The translations under genes were made by a program, and so were the position numbers. Under the pieces are notes generated by a model that searched no databases, had not been told where the DNA came from, and saw nothing but the letters and a program-made list of their open reading frames with translations. Below, piece by piece: positions 8,140-18,583 of a stretch of 41,412 nucleotides of DNA. The DNA is taken from the IMG/VR virus record IMGVR_UViG_3300036982_000284, positions 1 through 41,412 of that record. One strand, written 5' to 3'. How positions within the stretch are numbered: the stretch's first letter is position 1; every line of letters begins with the position of its first letter. This stretch comes from a virus. Lineage: Duplodnaviria; Caudoviricetes.

Positions 8140-9956
8140 TTGGCACAGCACTCGACAAACTTGTCGGCGTGTTCAGCCCTGCCGCTGCCGTGCGACGAAC
8201 ACAGCAACGCAAGACGCTTGAGCGAATGTACGCCGGGGCAGAAGCCAGCCGCCTCACAAACAACAAGAAACCGAAAAACCAATCAGCAGACAGTGAACTG
8301 CTGGGGCCATTCGGTGCGGATGCCTTGCGTGCGTGGTCGCGATCGTTGGTCCGCGACAATGCCTATGCTTGGGGCGTCGTCGATACGATCGTCAGCTCTG
8401 TGATCGGTACGGGCATCACTGCTCAGTCACAGATTGAAACGCCAGAAGGCACCGACGTTGAAGACCTTAACGAAATCCGTGATAAGGTTTGGCAGGAATG
8501 GTGTGAAGTCTGCGACGTCAACGGGCGTCTGAACTTCGCGGAAATTCAGCAGCTTGCACAGCGTGAAATGGTCGAAGCGGGCGAAGTACTGATTCACCTC
8601 GTCAACACGCCGTCGAACAAATACCGTGGCATCTATCGCCCCGTGCCGCTCGCACTCGAACTGATCGAAGCCGACCGACTCGCGACAGACAAAGACACGT
8701 ACAAGATTCACAGCCGAGACGGAAACAAGGTCATCCGTGGCGTTGAGCTTGATGACCTTGGAAAGCCGCTGGCGTACTGGATTTATCCGGAGCATCCAAA
8801 CGGGCCATACGCAACGCGAGTCCTTCCAATCCGGATCGATGCGTCTGAGATCCTGCATTTGTACCGAGTCGACCGAATCGGACAGACTCGCGGAGTATCG
8901 TGGTTCGCTCCTGTCCTTGGATGGCTTCGTGACCTCGGCGTTTATGTCGACAATGAGATTCAGGCGTCTGCAGTCGCGTCATGTTTTGGCGTGGCAATCA
9001 CGACGAACGGACGCGCGGGCACAGGTTTAATGCCATCGACAGATGACGAGTCGAGCGACGTGAACGGCAATCAGTTTGAGTATCTCGAACCAGCGATGAT
9101 TGTACGATTGCAGCCAGGGGAATCAGTCGAGTCGATCAATCCCGGCCGGCCAAACTCGGCATCAGAGCCGTGGATCAATCTGATGCTGCGTGGTATCTCA
9201 GTTGGCACGGGCCTGAGCTACGAAGTCGTCAGCAGAAACTACAGTGGAACAAGTTACAGCAGCAGCCGAACAAGCATGTTGGAAGATCGACGCAGGTTCC
9301 GGAGGTGGCAGCGATATGACGTGCAACATCTCTGTCAGCCGATCTGGGATCGATTCTGTGATCAAGCCGCAACGGCTGGCACTGACGGCTTTCCGTCGAT
9401 GTCCGAAATTCTTGCCGACCGTCGTTCCGCGACGGCGGTGGAATGGCAAACTCCCGCATGGGAATGGGTAGATCCACAGAGCGAGCAATCTGCTTCAGAT
9501 GCGGCACTGAACTCATTCCAGAGCACGTATCAAGACGAACTCGGTCAGCGTGGCAAGCACTGGAAAAACGTGTTTTACCAGCGAGCCAAAGAAGAGAAGC
9601 TCAAGAGACAATTGGGTCTTGTGACTGCTGACATGGCCAACGTCCAGAACGCACAGGCTGAATCGCAGCAGATGGCGGCAGCGTCCGCACAGCCCAACGG
9701 CCAAGCTCAAGGCCAGGTTGCACCGTCAAGTGAGATGTCTGATCTGTCACGTCAGCAATGGGGCCGCAATCGCAAAGCCATTGAGGACATCCTAGCGGAG
9801 TTCATCGCAGGCACTGCCAGCGAAACGAAATCAATGGTGTTTCTGCAGTCTCTCGGGCTGACAGAAGCCACGGCGCAAATGCTGTTGTCAGATGCGTCTG
9901 ACGGAACTGTTGACACGGATCTTGATCAAGTTCCGGAGACTGAAAATGACAAATAA
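8136..9956 (+). CDS. Portal protein, lambda family
   Basis: RSLVRDNAYA, GVELDDLGKPLAYW, GQTRGVSWFAP, SYSSSRTSMLE, WEWVDP motifs. Confidence 0.95.
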   Translation: MIGTALDKLVGVFSPAAAVRRTQQRKTLERMYAGAEASRLTNNKKPKNQSADSELLGPFGADALRAWSRSLVRDNAYAWGVVDTIVSSVIGTGITAQSQIETPEGTDVEDLNEIRDKVWQEWCEVCDVNGRLNFAEIQQLAQREMVEAGEVLIHLVNTPSNKYRGIYRPVPLALELIEADRLATDKDTYKIHSRDGNKVIRGVELDDLGKPLAYWIYPEHPNGPYATRVLPIRIDASEILHLYRVDRIGQTRGVSWFAPVLGWLRDLGVYVDNEIQASAVASCFGVAITTNGRAGTGLMPSTDDESSDVNGNQFEYLEPAMIVRLQPGESVESINPGRPNSASEPWINLMLRGISVGTGLSYEVVSRNYSGTSYSSSRTSMLEDRRRFRRWQRYDVQHLCQPIWDRFCDQAATAGTDGFPSMSEILADRRSATAVEWQTPAWEWVDPQSEQSASDAALNSFQSTYQDELGQRGKHWKNVFYQRAKEEKLKRQLGLVTADMANVQNAQAESQQMAAASAQPNGQAQGQVAPSSEMSDLSRQQWGRNRKAIEDILAEFIAGTASETKSMVFLQSLGLTEATAQMLLSDASDGTVDTDLDQVPETENDK

Positions 9957-12162
9957 GAAAGGCAAGTTGCCACCACTGAAAACACCGTCAATCGTCATGC
10001 GATCGGTCGGCATCTCGTCAGGCATTTCTGATGTGGTCATCGCAACAGAAACGCCAGTCCGACGCTACGACGAAGATCGTGGATACGTCATCAACGAAGT
10101 CTTACTGATGGATGGCGTCGTTCTCCGCGCTAATCAATCGCAGATTCCGATTGTCGATTCACACGATGACAGAAGCGTGCGAAACATTTTCGGCTCAATC
10201 CGCCAGATGCAAGTCATCAATGGTGAGCTTCACGGGGTTCCCTCGTTTGCCAGCGATGCAGAATCACAAGTCATCCGCACGCGAATGGATGAGGGTCATA
10301 TCACAGATTTCTCAATCACTGCCGTTCCAATGGAATCGCTCTTTGTGCCGCATGGCCAAAGCTACACGACAAAACGCGGAGCGGTGATCGATGGTCCGGC
10401 AGTCATCCATGTGCGATGGCAGCCACATAACGCCTCGATTTGCGCCACTGGTGCAGACGAGCACTCAACTGTCCGCAGGTCCTATACAGACCTCGAAAGA
10501 AAGGTAACACGAATGGACGAGGCACTATTAGGATCGCTCGCAGCAATGGGGCTCCCTGACGGCATGACAGACCCAAACCAGATTCTGGCATGGGTTGTCG
10601 GCAAGCTCGGCACATCCGCAGCAGCAGAATTGCCGGAACCAGTTGAAAACATGGACGGCATGACGGACGACGAAAAGCCACTAGAAGACAAGCCCCCAGA
10701 AGAAAAGAAAGTTGAAAACATGGACGGCGCGACTGATCCAGAAGAAGACAAAAAGAAAGTTGAAGAAGCGATCGGCCGTGCGCTGCGAACTGATGCCAAG
10801 CGACGCAAGGAAATCCAGGCTCTTTGCACTGTCCACAAAATCGAGCGATCAGTTGCCGACAGTCTCTGTGACGACGGCGTCGACCTCAATACCGCCAGAA
10901 CAAGGATCTTAGAACGAATGGCCAACAAACCTGCCGGTCAGTCGACCGAACGTGTGAGCGTCGCAGAATCAGCCGATGATAAACTGTTCGCAGCCGCTCG
11001 CGATGGCCTGATCATGCGAACGCTGCGAGCCAGTGGAATGCGGAACCAGACGCTGGCAAATCCAGCCGCCGGCCATCAGGACTTCACGAACATGAAGCTG
11101 GGCCGCGTCGCTGAAATGTACGCGGAAAAGATGGGCTGTGACGTGCGACGCATGGCAGCGAAAGACATTGCACTGGTTGCGATGGGCCATCCGGGATCAA
11201 TGAACCGATTTCGAATTCAGCGTGATGCGTACCACACCACTGGCAGCTTCTCCAATCTGTTGCTTGATGCGGCAAACAAGACGCTGCTGGCAGGCTATGA
11301 AGAAGCCCCGTTTACCTGGGGAATGTGGGCACGTGATGCCGGAACGACTGCGGACTTCAAGAACATCAACCGCATTCGGTTCAGTGAAATGGGTACTCCT
11401 GAAATGGTGCCAGAAGGCAAGGAGTACAAGGACGCGGGAATGTCCGACACGAAAGAGACGTACAAGATCAACAAGTACGGCAACATGTTTACTGTGACAT
11501 GGGAAACCGTCGTCAACGACGATCTTGACGCCATCAGCCGTATTCCTGCAATGCAGGGGGCAGCGTGTCGACGATTGCAGAATCAGGCCGTCTACAGCGT
11601 CCTGACTGCAAACGCGGCAATGGCTGACACTGGATTGCTGTTCAATGCAACAGCACAGACCACAGCCGGAGGTCACTCGAACTACGCGACCGGGGCCGGT
11701 GCTCCTTCAGTGACGACGCTGAACACCGCGTTCATCTCAATGATGACCAAGAAGGGCATTCGGTCGGATGTGATCCTAAACATCCAGCCTGCGTTCCTGA
11801 TTGTGCCTGCTGCAATCTCAGCGACCGCTCTGCAGTTGCTCGGATCTATCGCAGATCCTTCCGTTGGTGGCTCTGCTGCTGGTAACAGCAACACGAAGAA
11901 CATCTACGGGCCAAACGGCGATCGACCATTGAAGGTCATTGTTGAGCCACTGTTGGACGCTAACAGTTCAACAGCCTGGTACTTGGCAGCCAGTAACAGC
12001 CAGGTTGATACCGTCGAAATCACCTTCCTCGAAGGCGAACAGTCCCCAGTTCTCGAAAACGAATGGGACTTCGACAAGGACGTTTACAAGTACAAGGTTC
12101 GGCAGACATTCGGAGTTGCTCCAATTGACTTCCGTGGTCTGTACAAACACAACGGGGCGTGA
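9946..12162 (+). CDS. Prohead protease-scaffold-major capsid fusion protein
   Basis: N-terminal ATETPVRR..EVL..DSHD..SICATGAD (HK97-type protease), acidic linker, then a gpT-like capsid domain (ADFK, YGNMFTVTWETVVNDDL, DFRGLYK). Confidence 0.9.
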   Translation: MTNKKGKLPPLKTPSIVMRSVGISSGISDVVIATETPVRRYDEDRGYVINEVLLMDGVVLRANQSQIPIVDSHDDRSVRNIFGSIRQMQVINGELHGVPSFASDAESQVIRTRMDEGHITDFSITAVPMESLFVPHGQSYTTKRGAVIDGPAVIHVRWQPHNASICATGADEHSTVRRSYTDLERKVTRMDEALLGSLAAMGLPDGMTDPNQILAWVVGKLGTSAAAELPEPVENMDGMTDDEKPLEDKPPEEKKVENMDGATDPEEDKKKVEEAIGRALRTDAKRRKEIQALCTVHKIERSVADSLCDDGVDLNTARTRILERMANKPAGQSTERVSVAESADDKLFAAARDGLIMRTLRASGMRNQTLANPAAGHQDFTNMKLGRVAEMYAEKMGCDVRRMAAKDIALVAMGHPGSMNRFRIQRDAYHTTGSFSNLLLDAANKTLLAGYEEAPFTWGMWARDAGTTADFKNINRIRFSEMGTPEMVPEGKEYKDAGMSDTKETYKINKYGNMFTVTWETVVNDDLDAISRIPAMQGAACRRLQNQAVYSVLTANAAMADTGLLFNATAQTTAGGHSNYATGAGAPSVTTLNTAFISMMTKKGIRSDVILNIQPAFLIVPAAISATALQLLGSIADPSVGGSAAGNSNTKNIYGPNGDRPLKVIVEPLLDANSSTAWYLAASNSQVDTVEITFLEGEQSPVLENEWDFDKDVYKYKVRQTFGVAPIDFRGLYKHNGA

Positions 12163-12180
12163 TCGCCTGACTGATGAACC

Positions 12181-12209
12181 ACGGCGGGCCATGTGGTCCG
12201 CCGTTCTTT
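12181..12209 (+). terminator. Probable intrinsic terminator after the capsid gene
   Basis: Stem ACGGCGGGCC/GGTCCGCCGT, 4-nt loop, followed by TCTTT. Confidence 0.6.
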
Positions 12210-12262
12210 GAGCATTTCCAACGGTAGCGGAATGCGATGATCCGTTTTGAAAGGTAATTCAG

Positions 12263-12922
12263 ATGGCAGGTATTCAGGATTTCCAAGAGTACGTTGACGA
12301 CTTCTTCGGAACGTCAGCAACATTTCCGGTATCAGCAGATCCAGCAACGCCTTGGTTGGTAGTCGACACATCGTCGGCCGGTGCTCCAACCTACGTTCGC
12401 AACGCATCCAATGCAGTGCTGACACTGGCTTCAACGTCAGAAGTCGAGAACGTCTGTCTTGCTCACGGCGACGCTCTGAGTTTTAACATCGACGATCTGC
12501 TGTCGGCAGAGTTTCGAGTGAAGGTCACAGGCTGCACCAGCGGAACGACGATTAGTTGGGGAATGGCATCCGCTCGAAACGATACCCCGGCGTCAATGAC
12601 GGCCTTGGCATTGTTCACGATGACGGGAGCCACGAGCACGACTGACGTCACCGTCGAAACAGACGACAACGTCACCGACACTGCTCCGGTGTCGTCCGCA
12701 ACGGCATTGGCGACAACGTTCAAGCGTTTTGTGATCGACTTCAGCAACAAAAGCAACATCAAGTTCTACATTGATGGCGTGCAGGTTGCTCGGTCAACCA
12801 CGTTCACTATGGCTGGTTACACGAGCGGGCTTCAGCCGTTCGTCCAGATTCAGAAGACGTCTTCAGCGAATACCGACGCTGTGACTGTCGACTACGTCAA
12901 GATTGTGGCCAAGCGAACATGA
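12263..12922 (+). CDS. Putative head decoration/structural protein (lectin-like beta fold)
   Basis: Follows the capsid gene; Thr/Ala-rich, KFYIDG motif. Confidence 0.6.
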   Translation: MAGIQDFQEYVDDFFGTSATFPVSADPATPWLVVDTSSAGAPTYVRNASNAVLTLASTSEVENVCLAHGDALSFNIDDLLSAEFRVKVTGCTSGTTISWGMASARNDTPASMTALALFTMTGATSTTDVTVETDDNVTDTAPVSSATALATTFKRFVIDFSNKSNIKFYIDGVQVARSTTFTMAGYTSGLQPFVQIQKTSSANTDAVTVDYVKIVAKRT

Positions 12923-13275
12923 GCCTAGCGGAACGGATCGTAACTGATGCGGGTAGTGTGTTTCTTAACAGCGATCACTTCGCTGAAACGGTTACGTACC
13001 ATCCGCATCGGTTCGGGGCACCAGCGACGGCCAGAAGCATCAAGGCCGTTGTGATTCGCAATCAGGTGTCGACATTCAATCCAGATGAGCAGATCGTTCC
13101 AGAGTTCGAAGTCAGAGTTGCTAACAATTCCACAACCGGAATCAGCAGCGAAGAACTGAACACTGGCGGCGATCAAATCAAACTGGCCGTAAGGATCGGA
13201 GAAACACCGACAAAGCGGTCAGTGCAGTTATTGTCCGAACATGACTCTGGAATGCTGGTGCTGATATGTCGGTAA
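12919..13275 (+). CDS. Head-tail adaptor (gpFII-like)
   Basis: FLNSDHFAETVTY start; synteny. Confidence 0.7.
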   Translation: MSLAERIVTDAGSVFLNSDHFAETVTYHPHRFGAPATARSIKAVVIRNQVSTFNPDEQIVPEFEVRVANNSTTGISSEELNTGGDQIKLAVRIGETPTKRSVQLLSEHDSGMLVLICR

Positions 13276-13766
13276 CATTTCAAACGCCTGTTGTCTCGCG
13301 AATCTCAGACGAGATCTTTGCGCGGCTACAGGCTTTGGTGTCCGGCAGTGCTGGGGCGTATTCGTTTGCGAATGTCGTCAGGCCAACAAAGCTGGCGACA
13401 TACACGCCGCAACACGGGCTGATTGTTTTGACTCGTGGCGAAGTCTCCAGAGTGACGGAACTTGATTGTCCTGGGAATCCTCCGGCAGTTGCGTTTCAGC
13501 AGACGTTTTCAATTCGCGTTCACATTGCTCCAAGCGAAAAGGATACAACGCCTGTTGAGGTTTACGAGGACGTCATGGAATCGGAAATCCACAAGGCGAT
13601 TGTGAACGATCCGGCGACATGGCACACGTTCGGGGAACTGGCAATCAATGCCGATCTTGGAGCACAGCAGACAGTCGTTTCTGATGGTGGGTACGATGGC
13701 ATGGCTATACCACTGACAGTCACATACCGAGTCACGGAAGGCGACCCGTACACGGTGCGATCATGA
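13266..13766 (+). CDS. Tail terminator-like protein
   Basis: Size and synteny; C-terminus VTYRV..GDPY. Confidence 0.6.
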   Translation: MSVTFQTPVVSRISDEIFARLQALVSGSAGAYSFANVVRPTKLATYTPQHGLIVLTRGEVSRVTELDCPGNPPAVAFQQTFSIRVHIAPSEKDTTPVEVYEDVMESEIHKAIVNDPATWHTFGELAINADLGAQQTVVSDGGYDGMAIPLTVTYRVTEGDPYTVRS

Positions 13767-14347
13767 TGGCCATCGAGATCAACGCAGAGCAACTGAAGAG
13801 ACTCAGCCAGGCAGCCATCGGCGCGAAAAAAAGCCTGACGAAGGAATTGGCAGCAGCCATCAACGCAGTATCGAAAAAAACAAAACTGGAAATGGGCCGC
13901 GAGATCAGAGCGACCGTCAATCTGAAAAAGGATGAAGCGGAAAAGCCGCTGAGCATCAGGGCCGCAGCATCACCGCAAAGTCTTCAGGCGGTTGTTTCGT
14001 TAAAGAAAACGCCTCGGCTCGGGCTAAGGCATTTCGGGGCACGACAGGACAAGCGAGGCGTGTCGTTTAAGATTTCAAAAAGGGGCGGTCGTGGGCGAGT
14101 CGATGGAGCTTTCATGGGACCGAAGCCCGGAGCCGTAAAGACGAGCTGGCGAGGCAATGCGTTTAAGCGAGTCGGATCTGGGCGTCTGCCAATCATACAA
14201 ATCAAAGGCGTGTCGGCATTCGGGGCCTATGTGAAAAACGATCTCGCTGGCCCGCAGGTCGAGGCAGTCAACGCTGAACTCACAAAACAAATTGAACGTC
14301 GAATCAATCTCAATGTCCTGCGAGCCAGTGGGCTCGTGACGAACTAG
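13763..14347 (+). CDS. Minor tail protein, gpZ-like
   Basis: Basic protein; AAAIN, LRHFGARQDKRGVS, RLPI motifs. Confidence 0.75.
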   Translation: MMAIEINAEQLKRLSQAAIGAKKSLTKELAAAINAVSKKTKLEMGREIRATVNLKKDEAEKPLSIRAAASPQSLQAVVSLKKTPRLGLRHFGARQDKRGVSFKISKRGGRGRVDGAFMGPKPGAVKTSWRGNAFKRVGSGRLPIIQIKGVSAFGAYVKNDLAGPQVEAVNAELTKQIERRINLNVLRASGLVTN

Positions 14348-14356
14348 GAAAACAAC

Positions 14357-15286
14357 ATGCCATTGCTAAGACGCCGCGCCGTGTTTGCCGCTAAGACTGA
14401 AACGACTGTCGGCACTGCCGAAACAATTACGGCCTCGGAAGGGGCATACAACGCTCGGGACTTCTCGATTCAGCCGACAGTTGCGGTAACCCGCCGCGAA
14501 GGCCAAGGCGGATTCAATTATCTGGCAGGCATCCCGGAAGGGATGATGGGCACATGCACGATCGTGCATGACCTGAGCTATGACGGAACGACCATCCCGA
14601 CATGGGCCAGCGTGTTGCTGCCTGCTTGCGGATGGGTTGACACTGCGGGCACGTTTTCGCCAGTTTCGTCTGGTCCGGGCGCGAACGGCGTCAAGACGCT
14701 AACGATTGCCCACTACAAGGACGGCAAGCGATCGCTGCTGTCAGGTGCGATGGGAACGTTCAAGATCAGTTGCCCAACGGGAAAGGTGGCGTTCATCACG
14801 TTCACGTTTACGGGCAAATACTCCAGCAACGAAACCGACACGGCGATTATCGCCCCAACATACCCAACGACATTGCCAATGCGGTTCTCGCCAGGCGTGC
14901 TCACCTGGAACTCGGTTGATCTTTGCACGTCAAACGTGGAGGTCGATGCAGGCAACAGTGTCATCATGCGTGAATGCGTCGATGTGGCAGACCGCAGTGG
15001 CTACAAGTCGGCAATAGTCACGAATCGCGCACCGGTCATCACAGCAGATCCTGAGTCTGAATTGGTGGCGACGCAGGACCGAGATGCTAAATGGCTCACG
15101 AGTACTCCTGAAGCGTTTTCTATGCGTGTCGGAGTAGCTCTTGCGTCAATTGTAATTGCAGCCCCGAAAGCTCAGCTTGAAAACAAGCAGCAGGGCAATC
15201 GGTCAGACATGATGACCGACGATGTGACATGGCTGGCCACAAAGGGCAGTGCCGCTGACACCGAACTCACTATTGCTTTTGACTGA
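14357..15286 (+). CDS. Major tail tube protein
   Basis: AAKTETTVGT start, LLPACG, GAMGTFKI; synteny. Confidence 0.8.
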   Translation: MPLLRRRAVFAAKTETTVGTAETITASEGAYNARDFSIQPTVAVTRREGQGGFNYLAGIPEGMMGTCTIVHDLSYDGTTIPTWASVLLPACGWVDTAGTFSPVSSGPGANGVKTLTIAHYKDGKRSLLSGAMGTFKISCPTGKVAFITFTFTGKYSSNETDTAIIAPTYPTTLPMRFSPGVLTWNSVDLCTSNVEVDAGNSVIMRECVDVADRSGYKSAIVTNRAPVITADPESELVATQDRDAKWLTSTPEAFSMRVGVALASIVIAAPKAQLENKQQGNRSDMMTDDVTWLATKGSAADTELTIAFD

Positions 15287-15293
15287 GGATCGT

Positions 15294-15662
15294 ATGCCGT
15301 TATTTCTTGAGCCTGGCCAAAAATACCCGATCGTATTGGACATCGACGCGGACAAACCAAAGTCGACGCAGCCAACGTTTTATGCTCGGTCGCAGTCGAT
15401 GCGAGGTCAGCAAAAGATTGCGGACGTTCTCGATCAGTGGACCGAAAACCCAGACATTTCGATCAAGGAGCTGTTTGCGTTAACTGTCGAAGTGTTGTCG
15501 GGCGTCGTCATCGGATGGGCCAACATGGGCGGCAATGAGTTCAGCAGCGATGCTTTGCATGAGGTGCTGAGTTATCAGGAGGCCCGCGAGTTGCTTCGCA
15601 AAGTGATGTACAACCAACACATCACGGCTGATGAAAAAAAAAGTATAGAGTCGCAGCCCTAA
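15294..15662 (+). CDS. Tail assembly chaperone (G-like)
   Basis: GAGG RBS, ATG 15294; between tail tube and tape measure; slippery A9 near the 3' end. Confidence 0.75.
   Translation: MPLFLEPGQKYPIVLDIDADKPKSTQPTFYARSQSMRGQQKIADVLDQWTENPDISIKELFALTVEVLSGVVIGWANMGGNEFSSDALHEVLSYQEARELLRKVMYNQHITADEKKSIESQP
15633..15643 (+). promoter_or_regulatory. -1 programmed frameshift site (GAA AAA AAA AG)
   Basis: A-AAA-AAA heptamer in frame; the -1 frame reads KYRVAALIRGG into ORF 15674..16000. Confidence 0.8.
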
Positions 15663-16000
15663 TTCGCGGCGGAATGCTGTGCAGGTCATGCACGCGGGGA
15701 ACATGCCGGAGCCTTAGCACTGAAGACAACCGAGTTGAAATTGAATGCCCCCTATGCGACGGCGATGGCTGCAAGGAATGCCGAGACGGAACCTTTGAAC
15801 TAGACGGATGCCCCAATTCATTTTGCTCACAGATCATCAGTTCTTTAGACCTGTTTGAGTTGTTTCAAAAAGGACTTCCGCCAATTGTGGGCGGGGTGCT
15901 AGATCAGTCGATCGGTTTCATCGAGGCCGCACAGTTTTTCCAAGCTGAGGAAGGAAAGGTCAGGTATGAGCGAAGCTGTAGAAATCCTGATCAAGGCTGA
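15641..16000 (+). CDS. Frameshift extension of the tail chaperone (T-like), Cys-rich
   Basis: Open -1 frame from the slip site; CRSC, CPLCDGDGCKEC motifs. Confidence 0.7.
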   Translation, partial: KYRVAALIRGGMLCRSCTRGTCRSLSTEDNRVEIECPLCDGDGCKECRDGTFELDGCPNSFCSQIISSLDLFELFQKGLPPIVGGVLDQSIGFIEAAQFFQAEEGKVRYERSCRNPDQG

Positions 16001-17732
16001 CGATCAAGCCTCAGCAAAACTGGAAACGGTTGGCGCGAACGCGAGCAAGTCTGGGCAGCAGGCTGAGCGGTTAATGCGATCGCTTGAGACATCCTCCGAA
16101 AAATACAAACGACAGCTCGCGGAGTTAGCACAATACCAAGCCGATGGGGCAATAACCGCTGAGCAATTTGCGAATGCCGAAGATGCACTGTTAAGCAAGT
16201 TGGCGGATCTGGAAACGAATTCGACGAATGCCGGTGCTGCTCTCAAGGGGTTGTCCGAGTCACAGGATGCTGTTGCGGTCAGTGCCGAGAAAACGGCTGA
16301 GGCGTTTAAGAGCGGCGGGAAAGACGTTAAGGCAACGACGGACATGTTTGCCACGCTCGCAAAGATAACCGGAAACAGCGAGCTAGCCGGACTCGCCAAT
16401 ACGGTTGGCACAGTTACAGACAAGGTGGGCCAGTTTAGCGAGGTGTCAAAAGCAGGGGCTGGCGGAGCGATGGCGTTCAAACTCGGGTTGATGGGACTGG
16501 CCGCAAGTGCTGGTTTCGCTGTCGGCAAGGTATTAGCCGACATCATCTGGCAAACTGAAAAGTTCGAGCGGGCAATGGCTAATGCCAAAGAGACGGCAGC
16601 AGAACTCGATGCCCAACTAAAGAAAAACGCCTCGACTCTTGCCGCGAACGTCCGGGAAGATATCGAACTAATTCGCGATCCAGAAGAAAAGCGAGCGGCA
16701 TACGCGAAGCTGCTGGGCGACCTTAGCCGAGACATTCAGACCGCAAGCGATGTTGCCGGTAAGAGTGCTCGCGAGGCTGAGGAATGGGCTGACGCCTGGC
16801 AAATTACTGGCAACCGAAAACAGTACGCCATCGACGCAAAAGAACAGGCTACAGCGGATAAGGAACGACTCGCAGGATTGAAAGATCAGCGAGATGAGCT
16901 GATGAAAATCGTGGGCGCGAGGGCACAGGAAAACGCGGCAATAAAGGAAGCCAACGCAGCCAAAGATAAGTCGGAATCGTATCTGGAAACCCTCCGGCAG
17001 GAGGTGGAGTACATGAAGGCGACTCGTGAAGAGCAGATCAAGATCGATGCTCTGCGAAACACGACCGACGAAGACCGCGGCGAAGCGGAACGGCTTCTGA
17101 AAGAGCGCGACGCGATTAAGGCTAAGCAAGACGCGGAGCGCGAGGCCGCGGCCGAACAGAAAAAAATGCAGGAAGACGCAATTCGAGCGACCGAAAAGGC
17201 AGCAGAGGACGCAGAACGCGCGAGACAGAAAGCACAGGAAGACCGCGAGAAAGAGGCGGAGCAAATCGCAGAGAACGCACGCCGCGAAGTGCAGCGGGTC
17301 GAGGACATTATCGCAGCGGAACGCGAGCGGCTGGAATTGCAAAAGATTGAGAAGGAGCAGGGCAAGGAAGCGGCGACGGCGAAGCAGTTCGTCAATCAGG
17401 GCGTAGACGAAGCCACGGCAAAGCAGTTTGCGGCAGAGCAAGCGGCATTCGATAAAGCAAAGCAGAACGAGGCGGACGCGGCGGCAAAGCTCAAAGGCGA
17501 AAAGACTGCCGACAAAAAAACGGACGCAGGTCCAGCCCCGACACTGGCAGCAATGGAATCGCGAATGCTGACACGCGGGCCAGTAGACACTCAATCGCAC
17601 TGGATGGAAGACGCGGCGAAGTCGCTCAGGCAGATCATGGTGTCATCGACTCGCACGGCAACGGCAACGGAAACTGAGGCGAAGAAGCCAGTGTTTGCTC
17701 CCGAGGAAGTCGCAATGGTGGCGGTCACATGA
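15966..17732 (+). CDS. Tape measure protein
   Basis: VEILIKADDQAS start; long helical Ala/Glu/Lys-rich sequence; position. Confidence 0.9.
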   Translation: MSEAVEILIKADDQASAKLETVGANASKSGQQAERLMRSLETSSEKYKRQLAELAQYQADGAITAEQFANAEDALLSKLADLETNSTNAGAALKGLSESQDAVAVSAEKTAEAFKSGGKDVKATTDMFATLAKITGNSELAGLANTVGTVTDKVGQFSEVSKAGAGGAMAFKLGLMGLAASAGFAVGKVLADIIWQTEKFERAMANAKETAAELDAQLKKNASTLAANVREDIELIRDPEEKRAAYAKLLGDLSRDIQTASDVAGKSAREAEEWADAWQITGNRKQYAIDAKEQATADKERLAGLKDQRDELMKIVGARAQENAAIKEANAAKDKSESYLETLRQEVEYMKATREEQIKIDALRNTTDEDRGEAERLLKERDAIKAKQDAEREAAAEQKKMQEDAIRATEKAAEDAERARQKAQEDREKEAEQIAENARREVQRVEDIIAAERERLELQKIEKEQGKEAATAKQFVNQGVDEATAKQFAAEQAAFDKAKQNEADAAAKLKGEKTADKKTDAGPAPTLAAMESRMLTRGPVDTQSHWMEDAAKSLRQIMVSSTRTATATETEAKKPVFAPEEVAMVAVT

Positions 17733-18571
17733 CAGTGCAAAACGTTACAAAAATGTGGAGCAAAACGGGCGGCTCATTGTCGTCGGCAAAGCTCTCGGCT
17801 ATTGATCAGGTTTGGTCAAACACCGAAGGCTACCAAGTGCTGTGCGAGATTGGCGACGAAGAAGACACCATTGTCGCGGCGAGCGGCATTCCTCGCATCG
17901 GAGATCAGCACGCGACGGGGATCAATTCCTACTGCGAGCGAGTTGACCCGCAAAGAGTAAGCCCGATCTTCTGGGTAGTGTCTGTTTCGTATCGCGGTCT
18001 AGTAAACGAATCGGCGGTCGATGTCGAATGGAGCGACACCCAGACGACAGAGCCGATTGATAGAGACATCAACGGCCGGGCAATCATGACAATCAACATG
18101 GAGCCCGTGGATGGGCTGTCGATGGACGTTGCGGATCAGGTTGTCGTCATCACGCGAAAGTTTCAGACGATTAACACGGCTGGCATTGCCTTGTACCGTC
18201 GAGCAACGAACTCGGACGAGTTTCTCGGATGGCCCCCAGGAACCGCTCGGCTTGTCGGCTTTTCGGCCAAGAACAAATTCATCTACGGTGGCATTCAAGA
18301 GGAATGGACCGTCACGGCTCGAATACAATTCCGCGAACCGTTTGCAGGCACGACACCCGCTCAAACGTGGTACAAGCGGTGGCGACACGAAGGGCTTTAC
18401 GTCAGCAATGGAGGCCTGATCACGCGGGCCGTTGATGGCAACTATCAGGAAGTGACAAAGCCAGTGCTGCTGAAAATTGACGGCACGCAAGAAACGAACC
18501 CGGATAACGCATATTTCGTACACACGCAGGTTTACGGCTCGCTCCCTTACTCTGCACTGGGATTGATTTAA
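17729..18571 (+). CDS. Tail tip/distal tail protein
   Basis: Coupled directly after the tape measure. Confidence 0.65.
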   Translation: MTVQNVTKMWSKTGGSLSSAKLSAIDQVWSNTEGYQVLCEIGDEEDTIVAASGIPRIGDQHATGINSYCERVDPQRVSPIFWVVSVSYRGLVNESAVDVEWSDTQTTEPIDRDINGRAIMTINMEPVDGLSMDVADQVVVITRKFQTINTAGIALYRRATNSDEFLGWPPGTARLVGFSAKNKFIYGGIQEEWTVTARIQFREPFAGTTPAQTWYKRWRHEGLYVSNGGLITRAVDGNYQEVTKPVLLKIDGTQETNPDNAYFVHTQVYGSLPYSALGLI

Positions 18572-18583
18572 GAAAGTAAAAAC

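Noticed and set aside
12224-12245. Further copy of the junction motif (TAGCGG...CCG)
   Set aside because: Spacer is 11 nt, not 9, and it is not at a stop codon
16004-17600. Long minus-strand ORFs (243, 310, 169 aa)
   Set aside because: Antisense shadows of the biased tape measure sequence; no protein-like motifs
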